A stretch of 64,000 bases of DNA from Camelus ferus (GCF_009834535.1 NC_045697.1:109494001-109558000); one strand, 5' to 3'; shown: positions 37,347 to 50,639, counted from the first letter of the stretch. The notes: generated by a model not told the origin, from the sequence alone. Numbers and translations: made by a program.

Positions 37347-37673
37347 GCACCAACACTGCCTTTTCTAAAAAGATGTGGGTAAGGGAAAATGTGCTGCATG
37401 TGCTTTAAACCTTTTCCCCTTAAAACAAATTAAAAAATTCATTTCCACCAGTTCCTAGGGTTTTACAAATATTTTAGTGAGTGAGTCTGGCAACGTAGGT
37501 AAATTTTGTTTTCGGTGGTTAAATAGCTGAGATATAGAAGGTTAGTGGTGGTGGTGAGGGTGGAAACACAATTGCTGTTTATAATGTGAGGGTGGAGCAA
37601 CTATACAGTGCTTACTAATAACTTAGCTGAGCCTGCCTGTTATGCAGGAAATACTAAATTAAGAGTTTGATTT

Positions 37674-37841
37674 AAACAACAAGGCCCTACTGTACAGCAC
37701 AAGGAACCATATTCAATATCTTGTAATAGCCTATAATGAGAAAGAGTATGAAAAGGAATATATATATATAACTGAGCCACCATGCTGTACACCAGAAATT
37801 AACACAACATTGTAAAATGACTATACGTCAATAAAAAAAAA
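37674..37841 (+). mobile_element. Short L1 3' end
   Basis: aacaaggccctactgtacagcac...gactatacgtcaataaaaaaa; flanks agtttg(a/g)tt. Confidence 0.88.
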
Positions 37842-37894
37842 GTTTGGTTAAAAAGTGTGAGTGTTGTGTGGAACGGACCCAAGAAAGCACTCAT

Positions 37895-37989
37895 TTTATT
37901 TTTTAAATGTTTATTTGAAGTATAGTTGATTTACAATGTTGTGTTAATTTCTGATGTATTGCATAGTGTTTCAGTTGTGTGTATATATA

Positions 37990-38038
<49 letters not shown>

Positions 38039-38118
38039 CTTTTCATATTTTTTCATTATAGGCCGTTACAACTTTCTGAATATAGTTCCCTGTATTATAC
38101 AGTAGGACTTTGTTGTTT
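37895..38118 (-). mobile_element. Short L1 3' end containing a (TA)n microsatellite at about 37982-38036
   Basis: ttgaagtatagttgatttacaatgttgtgtt; TSD aaagc(a/t)ctcatttta. Confidence 0.88.
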
Positions 38119-38644
38119 GAAAGCTCTCATTTTACACAGAATCATTTGCTGTGTAGAATGTACTGTACGTAGTGCCGTACATGTGGGCCACTGGCTGGGA
38201 TGGTCACGTGGCTTATTTGGGATCATGTACCCACTGAGACACACATGGGCCTGAGAGATTTATCTTTGTTAGGGCCCTCTGAAATTTAGCATTCAGAATT
38301 GTGAAAGGGAGAGAAATGTCTGAGAAGAATAGAATCTCAGGTTGGAATTTGTCTAAGCGAGTCGTTTGTATTTCATGAGTTACATTCCTTAAATGAAAGG
38401 TTTTCATGTGTGGTTGTAACTGTGAACACCCTAATTTCAAGACTCTTGTTCATTTCTGTCTGGATTAATATATTCTAGATTCTCATCTGCTCTTGTCGGG
38501 GCGTGATTTACTCTTGTTAATGAAAGGCATCTCAGATGACTTAGAACTTTAAGCTTGTCATTTTCTTTCCTATTTAATTGCATAGAAACAGCCCCCACCC
38601 CACCCCATCACATTCTGCCCCTGGCCTGGTACACAAAGACCAAT

Positions 38645-39155
38645 TTTTAAAATTTTTATTGAATTTTTTTAACTTAAGTATTGTGAGTTACAATGTGTCA
38701 ATCTCTGATGTACAGCATAATGTCCAGTCATGCATATACATACATATGTTCGTTTTCATATTCTTTTTCATTGAAGGTTATTTTAAGATATTGAGTATAG
38801 TCCCTGTGCTATACAGAAAAAAAATCTTTTTTTAAATCTATTTTTATATATAGTGGCTAACATTTGTAAATCTCATTCTCCCAAAGTTATCCCTTCCCAC
38901 CCCCTTTCCCCTGATAACCATACGATTGTTTACAACGTCTGAGAGTGTTTCTGTTTTGTAGATAAGTTCCTTAGTGCCTTTTTTTAGATTTCGCATATCA
39001 ATGAGATCATATTTTTCTTTCTCTTTCTAACTTATTTCACTTAGAATGATGATCTTCAGGTCCATCCATGCTGTTGCAAAGGCATTTTATTCTTTTTTAT
39101 GGCTGAGTAGTATTCCATTGTATACATATACCACAACTTCTTTATCCAGTCATCT
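38645..39155 (-). mobile_element. L1 3' end
   Basis: L1 3'UTR motifs; TSD cacaaagacca. Confidence 0.88.
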
Positions 39156-40439
39156 CACAAAGACCATTTTTTCAGCCAGTAGAGGAAGGTGGTTTTTTTC
39201 CTCTCTTTTATCCAATCCCCTGAACTCATATGCCTTCACCACAAAATCATGGCAACACATGCTGTATGAAAGGAGTTTTAATAGTGCTGTCGTCTTGACT
39301 GTTGCATTATCTCTTGGTGTGCTTTTCTAAGGCATGTTTTCATGTTGAAGAAAAGTACCTAGGAGAAGTAGACTTGGCCTATTCTGATTTACTTGGAAAA
39401 AATACTGATGACTTATGTTAAAATACCTTCTATTTTTTTTTTGTTTGTTTTGCCACTAACCAACTGTCTGACCTTTGATAAGTCATTTAACCCCTCCAAA
39501 CTACATTTCCCTCCATCTTCTAAAAGGGAATAATACCCTATCCTTATGGGAAAACTACTGAGGAATTATTTTTTCTTTTAGCCATAAAATTCATGAACTA
39601 ATTTGTTACAATAATGTGGGAGATTTCCAAGGTAGAGAAGTAGGTTTTTGTTTGTTTTCCTTTTATAATCGGCCTAGGCACACTTTTGCATAAGAAGTGT
39701 CCTACCGTCCAAACGAATGTGCTTGGCTGGGGTCCTTTCAGAGAGAATTTGTAATCCCAGCGTGTGTGCGGTTGCCCCAAGTGCCTCATGTTTTAGTTCT
39801 AGTTTTCCTTTTTAAGTCAGGATGGCAATACTTTTGTTCTCTTGGGAGAGGAAGACATGGAACATTTAAATTTCTTTTTGAGAAAAATCAGCATGCTTCA
39901 AGGGCAGTTTGGAGGTGCTGGAACTCCCCCTTGTGGGATTCTGAAATATGTTGTACAGCAAATGAAACAATATTGTTGTTTATTTTTGTTATGTTCCCGG
40001 CTAATAGAAGAATCTTACTTAACATGGTAAATTCTTAATTTACTCATCCAGAAATTTACCAAGAATGACAACATAGTAAGCTTTAAATCATATCAGATAA
40101 CTATGCAGATAGGATTTTCAGTCGTGTTCAGAATCATAATTTTGAACTTTTAACATTATTTCAATATTTGGAGAAAAATTTTTTAGGCAAGAGAATTGCC
40201 TGTCAGATAAGACCTTATAGTTAAATTGTTGTAGATCAAACAAAACCCAATTTAATTATAAATGATATGTTGACAGTGTATTGATATGGGTTTTTCTTTA
40301 AACTTCTGTGAAGGTTTCAGATCAGAAGCACATGCCAAGTAGCAGGTTTTGATACATACTTTTATTTTATAGCCATTGATTACTATTTTTTAGTTTCTTG
40401 CCCCTTTCAGGCTGACCCTTTGCAGGTGAGCGTCGGTGG

Positions 40440-41790
40440 CTGCGTGCCCACTTCTTTTCAGTCTCCAGCTGTCTGCTGAGTGCCAGTTAAGTGGTAGGCA
40501 TTGTGGTAAAAGCATCAGACAGGGTGCTTACAGTCTGCTGCGGCAGGCAGACCTTGAGCAAGTCGTGACGTTGTAATGAGGGGCGTTACAGAAGATCAGG
40601 TGAAAGCTGCTGTGGGTGTAGGTAATGGCACTTAACCCAGCTGTGGTGTCATGGATGACCTCCCCGAAAGGGAAGTCTAAGCTGGGACATGAAGGATGAA
40701 TCAGATTTTGTTAGGCAGAGGGGAGGGTAGGTTGGGGATGTGAGTACCGAGCCAAGGAACAGAGGCTGAAAGCAAAACAGAGCAGAAAGGAGACCAGTGA
40801 GGCTGGAGTGTAAACAGGGAGGTGGAACCTGAGGTTTATGGCTACAGTTAAGGATTTGGGACTCTGGCCAAGCAGGGAGTCTCTGAAGGGTTTTAAGCCG
40901 GTAGTGACATGACCTGGTTTGCTTATTTGTAAACTCGTTCTTGATGCAGCATGGAGAGTGGAGTGAGGAGGGCAGAGGTGGACATGGGGAGACTGGGAGG
41001 AAGTTACTGCACAGCTTGCCTGCATCTTACCGCTTCCCTCCCACTCGGACAGGGTCTGTGAACTTTGTCTGTAAAGGCCCAGAGAGTAGTTATTTTTGGC
41101 CTTTCAGGCCATGTTACCTCTGTTGCAAAGACTCAGCTCTGCCGTAGACAGTGTCCAAGAGAAAGAGCATGGCTGTGTTCCAGTGGGACGTTATTTACAA
41201 ACACAGGCAGCAGGCGGGGTGTGGCTCGTGGGCATGGTTAGCCGACTGACCCCTAATCTTGAGGGTACTTCTTAGGAATGAAGAGAAGTGAAGGGATTCG
41301 AGGCTCTGCTGAGTAGGTGCAGCCAGGATTCCTCGGTGATGGATGTGTTTGAGGAGGGTGAGTGAGAAGGTGGAGTGAGGTTGGTTTTCAGGTTTCTGGC
41401 TTAAACCCGGTGTGAAGGATGGTGCGGAGATGGGGCCCACAGCCGGCTGGCTGTCGCGGGGTGTGTGAGGATCCAGATGGGTGCCCCGTCATTGGTTGGA
41501 CCCATGGGTGTGCAGAGAGGTCTGAGCTGGTGAGATGAGCATGGGCGGTCCCGCGTGTCGCAGATTCCCGCAGGGAGAGAGTGGTGAGGGCAAAAGACAG
41601 GATCCAGACTGACTCCAGCCCCTCGTGGACAGAGCAGGAGGAGCTGGGGAAGGAGAGAAGCCAAGAGAAGGAGAAGCTCCTCATGGCATCATGCTGGGGA
41701 GAAGGGTCAGGAAAAAGAGAGGTTTCTATTGGATTTGGACACCAGGAAGTCATTTATAACTATGCTCAACACAGTTTCAGGGACTAGTGG
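40440..41790 (-). mobile_element. L2 relic(s), interrupted by MER58
   Basis: L2-like motifs such as ctgagtgccagttaagtggtaggcattgtggt, ggatttgggactc...gaagggttttaagccggtagtgacatgacctggttt and aggtttctggctt; boundaries approximate. Confidence 0.6.
41050..41254. mobile_element. MER58-like hAT-Charlie MITE
   Basis: cagggtctgtgaactttgtctgtaaaggcccagagagt...gcatggctgtgttcca...ttagccgactgacccct. Confidence 0.75.
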
Positions 41791-42005
41791 GCTTTTTCGG
41801 TTTATGTCTTCGATGTGGGACTCATTCACAGAAAGACAAATTAAAAAATCCAGCTCTTAAGACTTGAGGCTCAGTTTACAGATGTTTATTACCCATGTAA
41901 GTGTAGCTGATAGTCGCAATTTTGCAAAGAGCCATTGGTTAACATTGGGGTCGGTTTACAAGCTGGGTTAAACTCATTTTTACTACACTTTACAATGTAA
42001 TATGC

Positions 42006-42140
42006 TGTGGTACCGTGGCACCTGCCGGGGATTGGTTCCTACACCCTGGCTTGGATACCAAACTCCGAGGTTGCTCAAGTTCCTGACAGCCAGCCCTCCG
42101 TATCTGCCGGTTCTGCATGCACAGAACTGAGGAGCAACTG
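42006..42140. mobile_element. Short MER2/MER8-like Tigger MITE
   Basis: ggggattggttcc...ggataccaaactccgaggttgctcaagttcct...ccctccgtatctg. Confidence 0.6.
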
Positions 42141-43176
42141 TGTTTTATTCTCGTTTAGTACTTTCATTGCTTGATGACAGCTGTAGTCATTAAAAAATGT
42201 GTTTTTATATAATGTACTTAGGTAATCCTTATAAATCTAACAAATTAAACCTAATTGTGGTGATTCTACTTAAAACTGAATCAGCTGGACACCCACAGTT
42301 AAGTCAGCCAAAGCTTTGAGGAATGCCTTCTTACCTGGCTGAGATTTCCTGGTGTTCCGACTGTGACTGCCAGGCCAGGTGGCTTTTTGGTCATCGCTAT
42401 GCCAGACACGTCAAATGAACAAAAGAGGAACTTCTCAGCTGAGATCCTTAAGATTCACGTGCTGCACCGCCTGCCTTTTGTGGGTATTTACTGTCTGCTG
42501 CCCCCACCCTCCCACCCAAATGGCTGTATCCCCTGATTGGACTTTGCGTTTCCTCGTCTTCAAAAATATGCCAGTATTATCCCATATGGCGGTTAAGATC
42601 TTTGAATGTCTCGAAATTCTGCATTCTTTTCGTATATTTTTGTCTCTTCAACCCACATCCCTTCCACATATTAAAAATGATAGCCAGGTGAACTTTGGAC
42701 GTCTCTGGTTTTCTCATGGCTTCTAAGGTCGTTCTAGTGATGAGAGGCTGACGTGAGAACTGTTGATTGGCTCTCCCTGGGTGACCCTACTTTTAAATAA
42801 AAGCAGACTCCTACGCTGGAACAGAATGTTTAGAAAGCATAAGAAATACCAAACTACAGTGTTCCGTGTATGTTTAGAAATTATTTATCTGCTTGTTGCC
42901 GTAATAGGAATTTTCATGTCGCCCAGGGGAGAGCTTATCATTTCCATTAGAAGTAAGCTCAGTGACAGTACAGATCTTTCTCTATTTTACTCACTACTGT
43001 ATTTCCAGTAATAGAATTATACCCAGCATTTAGCAGATACCCAAATTTGTGTTGAATAAATAAAATGAATGAATGAATGTAATTTCTAAATAAATGATAG
43101 ATTATTAACAATTAATACTAGATTGAACCTTTGGCTTCCTTTTAAATTCTTTCCCCCCCCTCTTTTTTTCTTCCAG

Positions 43177-43254
43177 GCAGAAACCACTAATACTAGCCTC
43201 TTGCAGGTGCAACTGGAATGCAGTTTACATAATAAAGTGTGTCAGCAATTAAAG
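43177..43254 (+). CDS. TMEM131L: TMEM131L exon 8 (78 nt): [26 protein letters not shown]
   Basis: ttccag|GCA...AAG|gtaaaa; follows a 22.4-kb intron. Confidence 0.95.
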
Positions 43255-43444
43255 GTAAAATGAAAAATTGTGTTTCCTCCCTGCGTTCCTTCCTGCCTCT
43301 TTATTTAGAAATAAATGTTCTGTTCTCAGAAATGCACACGCCCTCACCATAAATGCTTCCCCACCCCCCCACCGTAAAATTCAAAATAAAAAAATTCAGA
43401 TTTTTTTTGAGTTTTTCCTTTTTTTCCCATCCCTCCAATCTCAG

Positions 43445-43598
43445 AGTTGTTACGTGGAATCTGACGACGTTTTACGGCTACAGATGAGCATAATTGTAAC
43501 AATGGGAAACTCCTCCAAAGAATTTGAAGAAAACACACAAGATTTGTTAGATCATCTCTCTATCATTTATGTAGCGACAGATAAATCTGAGACTTCAG
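43445..43598 (+). CDS. TMEM131L: TMEM131L exon 9 (154 nt): [17 protein letters not shown]...[10 protein letters not shown]
   Basis: ctcag|AGT...TCA G|gtaagg. Confidence 0.95.
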
Positions 43599-43992
43599 GT
43601 AAGGTGGAGTCTGAAAATTTCTATTCTATTTTGATCAACCTGCATCATGATTCTCTACCATTTGCTTGCAGATTGTATCACTGCAGTGCAAGAGAGAGAG
43701 CCTTTGCTTTCATTATGAACAGCTTCCAATAGTAACTGGTTCTCAGCCTGCATCTGCTAGTAAGGCTGTAATAGTTTGGAGTAAATTGAACGTTAACTGC
43801 AAACCATTCTGCGCTTCCCTGGGAATAATTTTTCTTGGAGTTCTGGAGAGAGTGAACAAGTCAAATGGGCACTGCAGCATAATATAAATATTCACGAAGT
43901 TTTTGAACTCCTCTGTCTCTTGTTACAGTTTTACTGATTGGCAGCAGCTCAGTTGACCATATCATACTGTTTGTATTTTTAATAGTTGATTA

Positions 43993-44130
43993 GGGGGAGG
44001 GTACAGCTCAAGTGCTAGAGTGCATGCTTGGCATGCACAAGGTCCTGGGTTCGATCCCCAGTACCTCTGTTAAAAAAAATAATAATAAAATAAAATAAAT
44101 AAAAACCTAATTACCCCCCCTTCCAAAAAA
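43993..44130 (+). mobile_element. vic-1-type SINE
   Basis: Intact B box GGTTCGATCCC; TSD aatagttgatt. Confidence 0.92.
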
Positions 44131-44356
44131 TAGTTGATTGGATGCGCTTGTTCCTGGATGCCCGACAGGTTACAGCAGTGCAGATTTTAGTGTTTATTTC
44201 TATGCCTTTTATCTCTGAAATTGTGTGTTTCAGTTACTTACCAAAAATAACCTAGTTTCTCAGTTTGAGTTTCTAAGAGATTTTGTAGGAGACACATACT
44301 ATGTGATCTGTGACATTTATAATGTAGGGTTTGCTCTTACCCAGTGGTTATCAATG

Positions 44357-44361
<5 letters not shown>

Positions 44362-44396
<35 letters not shown>
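44362..44396. repeat. (TG)n microsatellite
   Basis: About 17 pure TG units. Confidence 0.95.
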
Positions 44397-44398
<2 letters not shown>

Positions 44399-45028
44399 AC
44401 ATACATATTCAGAGAAAGAAATGGTCCCAGAGTGTCCTTTTACATTGGCAGTCTTAACTTTGTCCTTCCCAGTCCGCAGATTTAGTTGTGTTGTAGTCAT
44501 GGGTCAGCAGGAGAGCTTCCTGCCCTTGGGGTCATAGTTCTTGGTGATTCCCAGAATGGCCAGGTGGACCTCAGTGTAGAGAAGACCCCTGTCCCTTGAG
44601 GAGCACTTCTCTTGGGGAGGATGAAAAGGAAGGCTGCATTTTGAGATCCCAAGGTTTTGTTTTTCCTGAGTGGAAATAAGGAATTGAGGGGCTCTCTAAT
44701 CAGCAGGAGGACCTGGCTTTATTTGAAACTGTCCAGTTGGTTAGTTTCATCCAGGGGAGTCATAATACGGCCCTGAAGTTAGACTTTTTCTATGGGTAGT
44801 TCATCATTCAGAGAGCCTGGGGTAGTAGGTCAGTCCTTTTGCCACTGTCCTTTCTCTTGTCACTTAAAAGAATATCCAACAGAAAGTAGCTCCTCGTTTC
44901 AATTTTAGTGTTGAAGAACGAGTTACATTTTTTAATAGAAATGTGTTATGTGATATTTTAAGTACTGTGTGAAGGGGTGAGAAGATGGTCCTTTGTTTTA
45001 ATCTCATTTCTCTGATTCTTTTGGGCAG

Positions 45029-45087
45029 ATGATTCGGCGGTAAATATGTATATATTGCATTCAGGAGACAGCCTTCTGTGGATACAG
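45029..45087 (+). CDS. TMEM131L: TMEM131L exon 10 (59 nt): [20 protein letters not shown]
   Basis: ggcag|AT...CAG|gtaatt. Confidence 0.94.
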
Positions 45088-45394
45088 GTAATTGTAAATG
45101 CTTGCATGAGGTGGATTTTAAACTTACAAGTGTGTATGGCATTGCAGAACATGAGGATTTTTGAGGAAACACTTGTCTCTGTTCTCTTCTGCAATGATTT
45201 AAACCTGTTTTCGCTGCTTGAACCCATGTTTGGATGAAGGTCGTCTGCACCCCTTCGTCCTGTTACAGACATATCTGCTAAGTGGTTGTGGTGTACACCA
45301 GTCTGAGCTACCTAGTCATTGGAACAGAGTTAATTCAAACCGGATACAGCTTCGCGTGTCTGAGAGCAGTCCTGTGGATTGTTTTTTGTTACAG

Positions 45395-45503
45395 GATGTC
45401 CATCATTTCTCACAGAGAGATGCCCTGTCTCTGCAGTTTGAACCAGTGCTCCTACCTACTTCTGCAACAAACTTTACAAAAATCGCTTCTTTTACTTGCA
45501 AAG
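45395..45503 (+). CDS. TMEM131L: TMEM131L exon 11 (109 nt): [36 protein letters not shown]
   Basis: ttacag|GAT...AAA G|gtacag. Confidence 0.95.
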
Positions 45504-45694
45504 GTACAGATTTAAAAAATACCGAAGGTTGTCTTTGTGTTTTGGGTATCTAGCTGTTAGGATGGCCATTCTTTCTGTAAAATGACTCACAGCTAAGCCT
45601 AGGCAAGGTTGTAAGAAATGAATGGGTTTGGTTTCAATTCCACAGCCTTGGTAGTTCTGAGATAGCATGATGGAAAAAGTGATTGATGCTGCCA

Positions 45695-45821
45695 CTTTTT
45701 TTGGTGGCGGGGAGGAGGTAATTAGTTTATCTGTTGATTTATTTAAATGGAGGCACTGGGGATTGAACCCAGGACCTCGTGCATGCTAAGCACACACTTT
45801 CCCACTGAGCTGTGCCCTCCC
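45695..45821 (-). mobile_element. vic-1-type SINE
   Basis: Head plus taattacctcc tail. Confidence 0.9.
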
Positions 45822-46507
45822 ATTGGGGATGTGGCTTTTATTCTGCTACATGTGTAGAATTTTGAATTTGTAAACCATCACTCAGTTGGCGATTTGAAAG
45901 ACCAGGTTGCAAATGCGTCTGATGGATGTGCTGCTTTTACAAAGAGGTGGTGCTGCCCCAGTTTTGTTTTTTTGTGTAGAACGTGGTGCTAGACTGACTA
46001 GCGCTGGAGTATAAACCTAATCCTTTAGGCTCTTACTTAGAGTTAAAAATATTTCTGTAAAGAAATGCAGATAAACATATAAAAACAAGCCCCACCTCAC
46101 TCATACTGAAAGATATGCTAAGGCAATAAGTGAGATATAATTTATTACTTAGCTCTATTGAAGATCATAAAGACTGTTGATGTTCCGTAATGATTAGGAA
46201 GAAAAAAAACACTCATATTTTTGACACAGGTATAAATGGATACAGGCTTTTTGGAGGGAAAATTGGTGATCTCTATGAAAATGTATGAACGTACATGTTA
46301 TGGGCTTCGATCCTTAATTCTACCTTTAGGAATTTATCTACATATACACTCGTGTATGTGTTCAGAACTCTACCTCCAGAAATGTGCGTTGTTTGTGCAA
46401 CAGAGCATCTCCTGACAGGAGACTGGTCATTGTGGGTTATCATTTCCCTCAGTAATGAAAGAAGAGATACTTATCCTTCACATTTATTTCCTTCTACCTC
46501 CAAACAG

Positions 46508-46604
46508 CTACGTTGTCTTGTGACAGTGGAATGAAAGAAGATGTGAAGGAAACAAAACACACTCCAACACTAAAAGCCTGCCTCTCCGCTCCTGTGGTTC
46601 AAGG
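46508..46604 (+). CDS. TMEM131L: TMEM131L exon 12 (97 nt): [33 protein letters not shown]
   Basis: aaacag|CT...CAA GG|gtgggt; phases fit both neighbouring exons. Confidence 0.92.
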
Positions 46605-47220
46605 GTGGGTTAATTCCACTTTCCCTGGAATCGTATGTTTTTTTTATCCCTCCCCATCTAGAGATAATTTAAAAATGTAACTGAACTCTGAAGAAGAGGG
46701 ATGGTTGTACGAAGTTTTAAGACGTTTGCTCTGTGGTGCAGGCTGCAATCCTTTCCTGTGGCCCCTATGTATTTTCTGTTAAAAAAAAATTTATAGGTAT
46801 ATAACTGAGACTCGTCTGATTCTCTCTTCAGGATTTGCCTTCCCTGCTACAGGCAGTGCGAGGGTGGTTTGCAGAGTGGGAAGGAGGAACCTGAAGGTCT
46901 TGGATGGGCTCCGGCCAGGCAGCCAGGTGCAGGGTGGGGGTAGGAAGAAGTACCCCCGCCATGTTTCTGAGTTACTTTCGGGTCCTACTTTTGCCCTGTG
47001 GCCTCTGTGAGCCATCCTGGTCCTGGCCCCACTGCACCCTCTGGCCTTCAGATGCTCCCCTTGTGGGCAGGAGAGTTGAGGAAGGTGATGGGTTCCATCC
47101 TTTCCAGCGCTAACATTCATTTTCTGATGTTCTGTGATGCTGTTCTTCTTGAATCTCTTGAGATTCTTGTAAGACGGTCTCACACTCAGGGCTGACAGCA
47201 CGCATGTCTTGTGTTCACAG

Positions 47221-47374
47221 GTACTTTAGAATGGACTCCTCTGCAACCCAGTTTCACATGGAGACTCATGAGAACGCGTCAGGACTTTGGTCAATGTGGT
47301 ACCTCAACCATTTTGACCGTAGCGTTGTCTTGCATGATGTGTTTGTTTCCAAGGAGACCAAGCACATTTTAAAG
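47221..47374 (+). CDS. TMEM131L: TMEM131L exon 13 (154 nt): [18 protein letters not shown]...KETKHILK
   Basis: tcacag|G...AAG|gtacac. Confidence 0.95.
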
Positions 47375-47934
47375 GTACACATGGTACTTTCATCCAAGTT
47401 GGAGCCTATTTTAATTGGTTTCAAGTCAAATGCTATGAACTTGATATTTACAGGATCTAATTTTTACTGATGAATTTTAAAGCAAGTGTTTTTCTTTTCA
47501 CATTTTCAGAATTACTTTGAGGCTCTCTTTACTTTTTTCAAACTGTTATTCAAGTAGCTTACAGAGACCAGGATATATCGATTGGAGATATTTGCTATTA
47601 CCATGAGTTAAAAGTATTGTAAATTATAATTTAGCCTAAAAAGATGATATTTAGTAAAAATAAGCCTGGTTCATGAGGAAAGAGTAGGTTTTTGTAAAAT
47701 ACCACCTATGAAAACTTCAAGATGACTTTTGTGAAATTTAAAAACACTTGCATGTTAAATATTATGTGAGGTGTACCACTTATCTAAAAATAGTTCAATT
47801 TTTGACCTGGAGATAATTGCATAAAATGGTATTTCTCAAAGTAGAGAAGAACATTAGTACGATACATTATAATGATCTTAATCCTTATTAGTGGTATTTA
47901 GGAAAGTAATTTCTCTTACTTCTTTTCTTTTTAG

Positions 47935-48105
47935 ATTCTGAATTTCACTGGCCCTTTATTTCTACCTCCAGGCTGTTGGAAAATATTTTCTTTGAAACTT
48001 GCTGTTAAAGACATTGCCATAAATCTATTCACCCATGTATTTCTGACTACCAACATAGGTGCCAGTTTTGTAATACCTCTGCACATTTACTCAGCCCCGA
48101 CCAAG
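47935..48105 (+). CDS. TMEM131L: TMEM131L exon 14 (171 nt): [26 protein letters not shown]...IYSAPTK
   Basis: ttttag|ATT...AAG|gtattg. Confidence 0.95.
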
Positions 48106-49380
48106 GTATTGTCCACATGCTATATACGTGTTATGATTTTTGTAATAATGACTGTTTCTTTGTATTAATTTATCTCATGGTGCTTGGATTTTATTGACCG
48201 GGTTAAAATGATGTTCTTGAAGGCTATCTAAGGAATTGAAGGACATTATCAGGACAGTCTTAGGTGATAAACTATTTAGATATGGAAATCTTTATTTAGA
48301 AAGAATTTCTATTTTTCTGAAGTAATCTGAGGTAATTCTTGAATGAAATAAGACACTGCAAGTTGAAGATTTCTTTCATTTATTTCCAGAATTTATAGAG
48401 CAAGGCGTATGTGCCTGCTGTAGAAAACACATTTGAACTTTTAGGGCATACTTGCAATGACTTTAGATAAACTAAATTGTTAACTGCTTTATTTAGATGT
48501 CTGGTAAGTGACTCTCAGTCGCTGACAATCCTTGAATATCCTTAATGGGCCAAATCTAAAGCCTGCAAGGGTCCACAGTTAAAATGCTTTCTAAAATCTG
48601 GGTCTGTTGTATTTAGTTTAAATCTTAGCTTAAACATGCCTCATTTTTTCTTAATGTTTCTTTCTTTTCATTTAGTTACTGTTATTGCTTCTTTTGGATC
48701 CAAGCTATTCTGTATAATGCTGGGTTCTAATTTTTCACTATGAGACATTCATGCAACCATCTTTATGATTTTTCTCACTTACTTAGCCTTGGTGTTTCAT
48801 AGATAGACATGCCTCATGTTTCACTATAAGCATAAAGACAGGGCTTCTAAAGTGAAACTAAACAAAACGTAAGGTTAATTCCATTCATCCCTATTTTGAG
48901 CAGGGGAGGTTTCATAGAAATTTCCTTCTTCCAAACCGGCGATGCTTTACAAGCAGAGTGACCGTGGGCGGGAGCAGGCAGGTTGCAGGTGTGTGTGGAA
49001 GTTGCCGGTCCGCATTTTCCTAACCTAGGAAGCGGGTCATTCTAATACTACAGGATTAGAATACAGTTTTTTAAAAACCCTGCTAAGAATGTCCTCTTAA
49101 TTCCAAAGGCAGCCTGGTGTCTGTTGGGCCCAGGGTTTGTCACTCTGGGCATTGATTATGATGATTGATTTTGGGCACAGAATCCACTCCCTGTGAGAGA
49201 CAGGGAGAGCTGTCACTCAAGGGCACAGAAAGCCAAGAATCCGTTTTCTAGTTGTTTGGCTTCTGGTAAAAGGGAAGCTCACTGAGGTGGAGGCCAACGC
49301 CAGCTACGCATTTGAGTGCATGAGGGTTTTTGTGTTTAGTGTTGTGCTTTAAGTTATTCATATATTACTTTTCAATCTAG

Positions 49381-49450
49381 GAAGGGAGTCTGGGTTTTGA
49401 AGTGATAGCACATTGTGGCATGCATTATTTCATGGGAAAATCAAAAGCGG
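49381..49450 (+). CDS. TMEM131L: TMEM131L exon 15 (70 nt): [23 protein letters not shown]
   Basis: atctag|GAA...GCG G|gtaagt. Confidence 0.95.
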
Positions 49451-50521
49451 GTAAGTATTTTGCCCTTAGGTTTTCTGTAGAACTCTAGTTTGGGGTGGGG
49501 TGGGAAGTAGTGAGCAAAATTAGCATCTGTAGATGAAATCATTAGTCCTGTTCACGTAATTGCATCATATTCTATTCTCAAAGAGCATGATCATTAATGG
49601 AATGACTTGATACTGTTAAGAATCCTCCAAAAACATCTGAGGTGCTCGGGTAGTTAATGCCCCCTTCAAGTGGCTTGTCCTTTTCACAAGGGTTTTCTTC
49701 AGACATGTTATTTGAGCATCATAGCAACCTTGTCACCAGGAAAAATTGGAAGATTCTGGTTCCTTTATAAAAGGGCTAACTAGAAGTTGGTAAAAAATAA
49801 TGTGAAATTGAATTTGAAGACGTCAGTATAGGAGCATGAACGTCTTACAGGGAGCGTTAGTGCTGTGTGAACCGACAGCCAGGGCGTTGAGATAAAGCCA
49901 TCTCTAGGTCTTTCCCTGCCTTTTGACTTATTAAAAATATTTAACCTAAAGAGAACATTCTAGTACAGAGATTTCTTTTGGGAGATGCTAATACGCTCTT
50001 CAGCACAGACAAGACAGAATGGATAGGTCAGGAGGGCGTGGTGAGCAGGGCACCAGTTTATAAACGTAAACACACACCTTCTCTCTGCGGAGCCCTGCTG
50101 GTGTCCTCTTCTGAGGTTTGCTGTTTGTCCATCAGCCTTCAACAGAGTAAACTAACATAGATGATGACCAGCACTGACCTGGAAATAGTTTAGCTTTTTA
50201 GATTTAAAGCTGTTAAACATGTTCCAAGTATAATTTTAACTTGTTTCAGGCTGTCTCCATGAGCCATGTGTCTTTTATGTTATTACCTTCACATAATTCG
50301 ATTGAGTTTTGTTTTACACATGTTTGTTTGAGTTGGTATATCATTTGCCATTGAGTTAGAGGGGCTTTCAGGACAGTAGTCAGAGGAGAGAGGGGGGCAC
50401 TGATCACTTTACCGGCCTCTCATTTTGAGAAGTTTTGAACACTCAGCTACTAAGTAAATTGTGGGGTTTTTTTTTTTTTTTTTTTTGTACATCTAACTAG
50501 TAAATCTGATCTAACTTTTAG

Positions 50522-50639
50522 AAAATCCTAATTGGGAAGGGAGCCTTTCTCTGGATCGGTCTACCTGGGATGTGGATTCCGAACTTTCAAATAAGTTGTA
50601 TGAAAGATGGAAGAAATTTAAAAATGGTGATGTCTGCAG
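50522..50639 (+). CDS. TMEM131L: TMEM131L exon 16 (118 nt): [40 protein letters not shown]
   Basis: ttttag|AA...TGC AG|gtaggt. Confidence 0.95.

Noticed and set aside
43268..43732. 154-aa ORF spanning intron 8 and exon 9, read as an intron-retention isoform
   Set aside because: Read-through from exon 8 hits a stop at once (AAG GTA AAA TGA); only 43445-43598 is coding.
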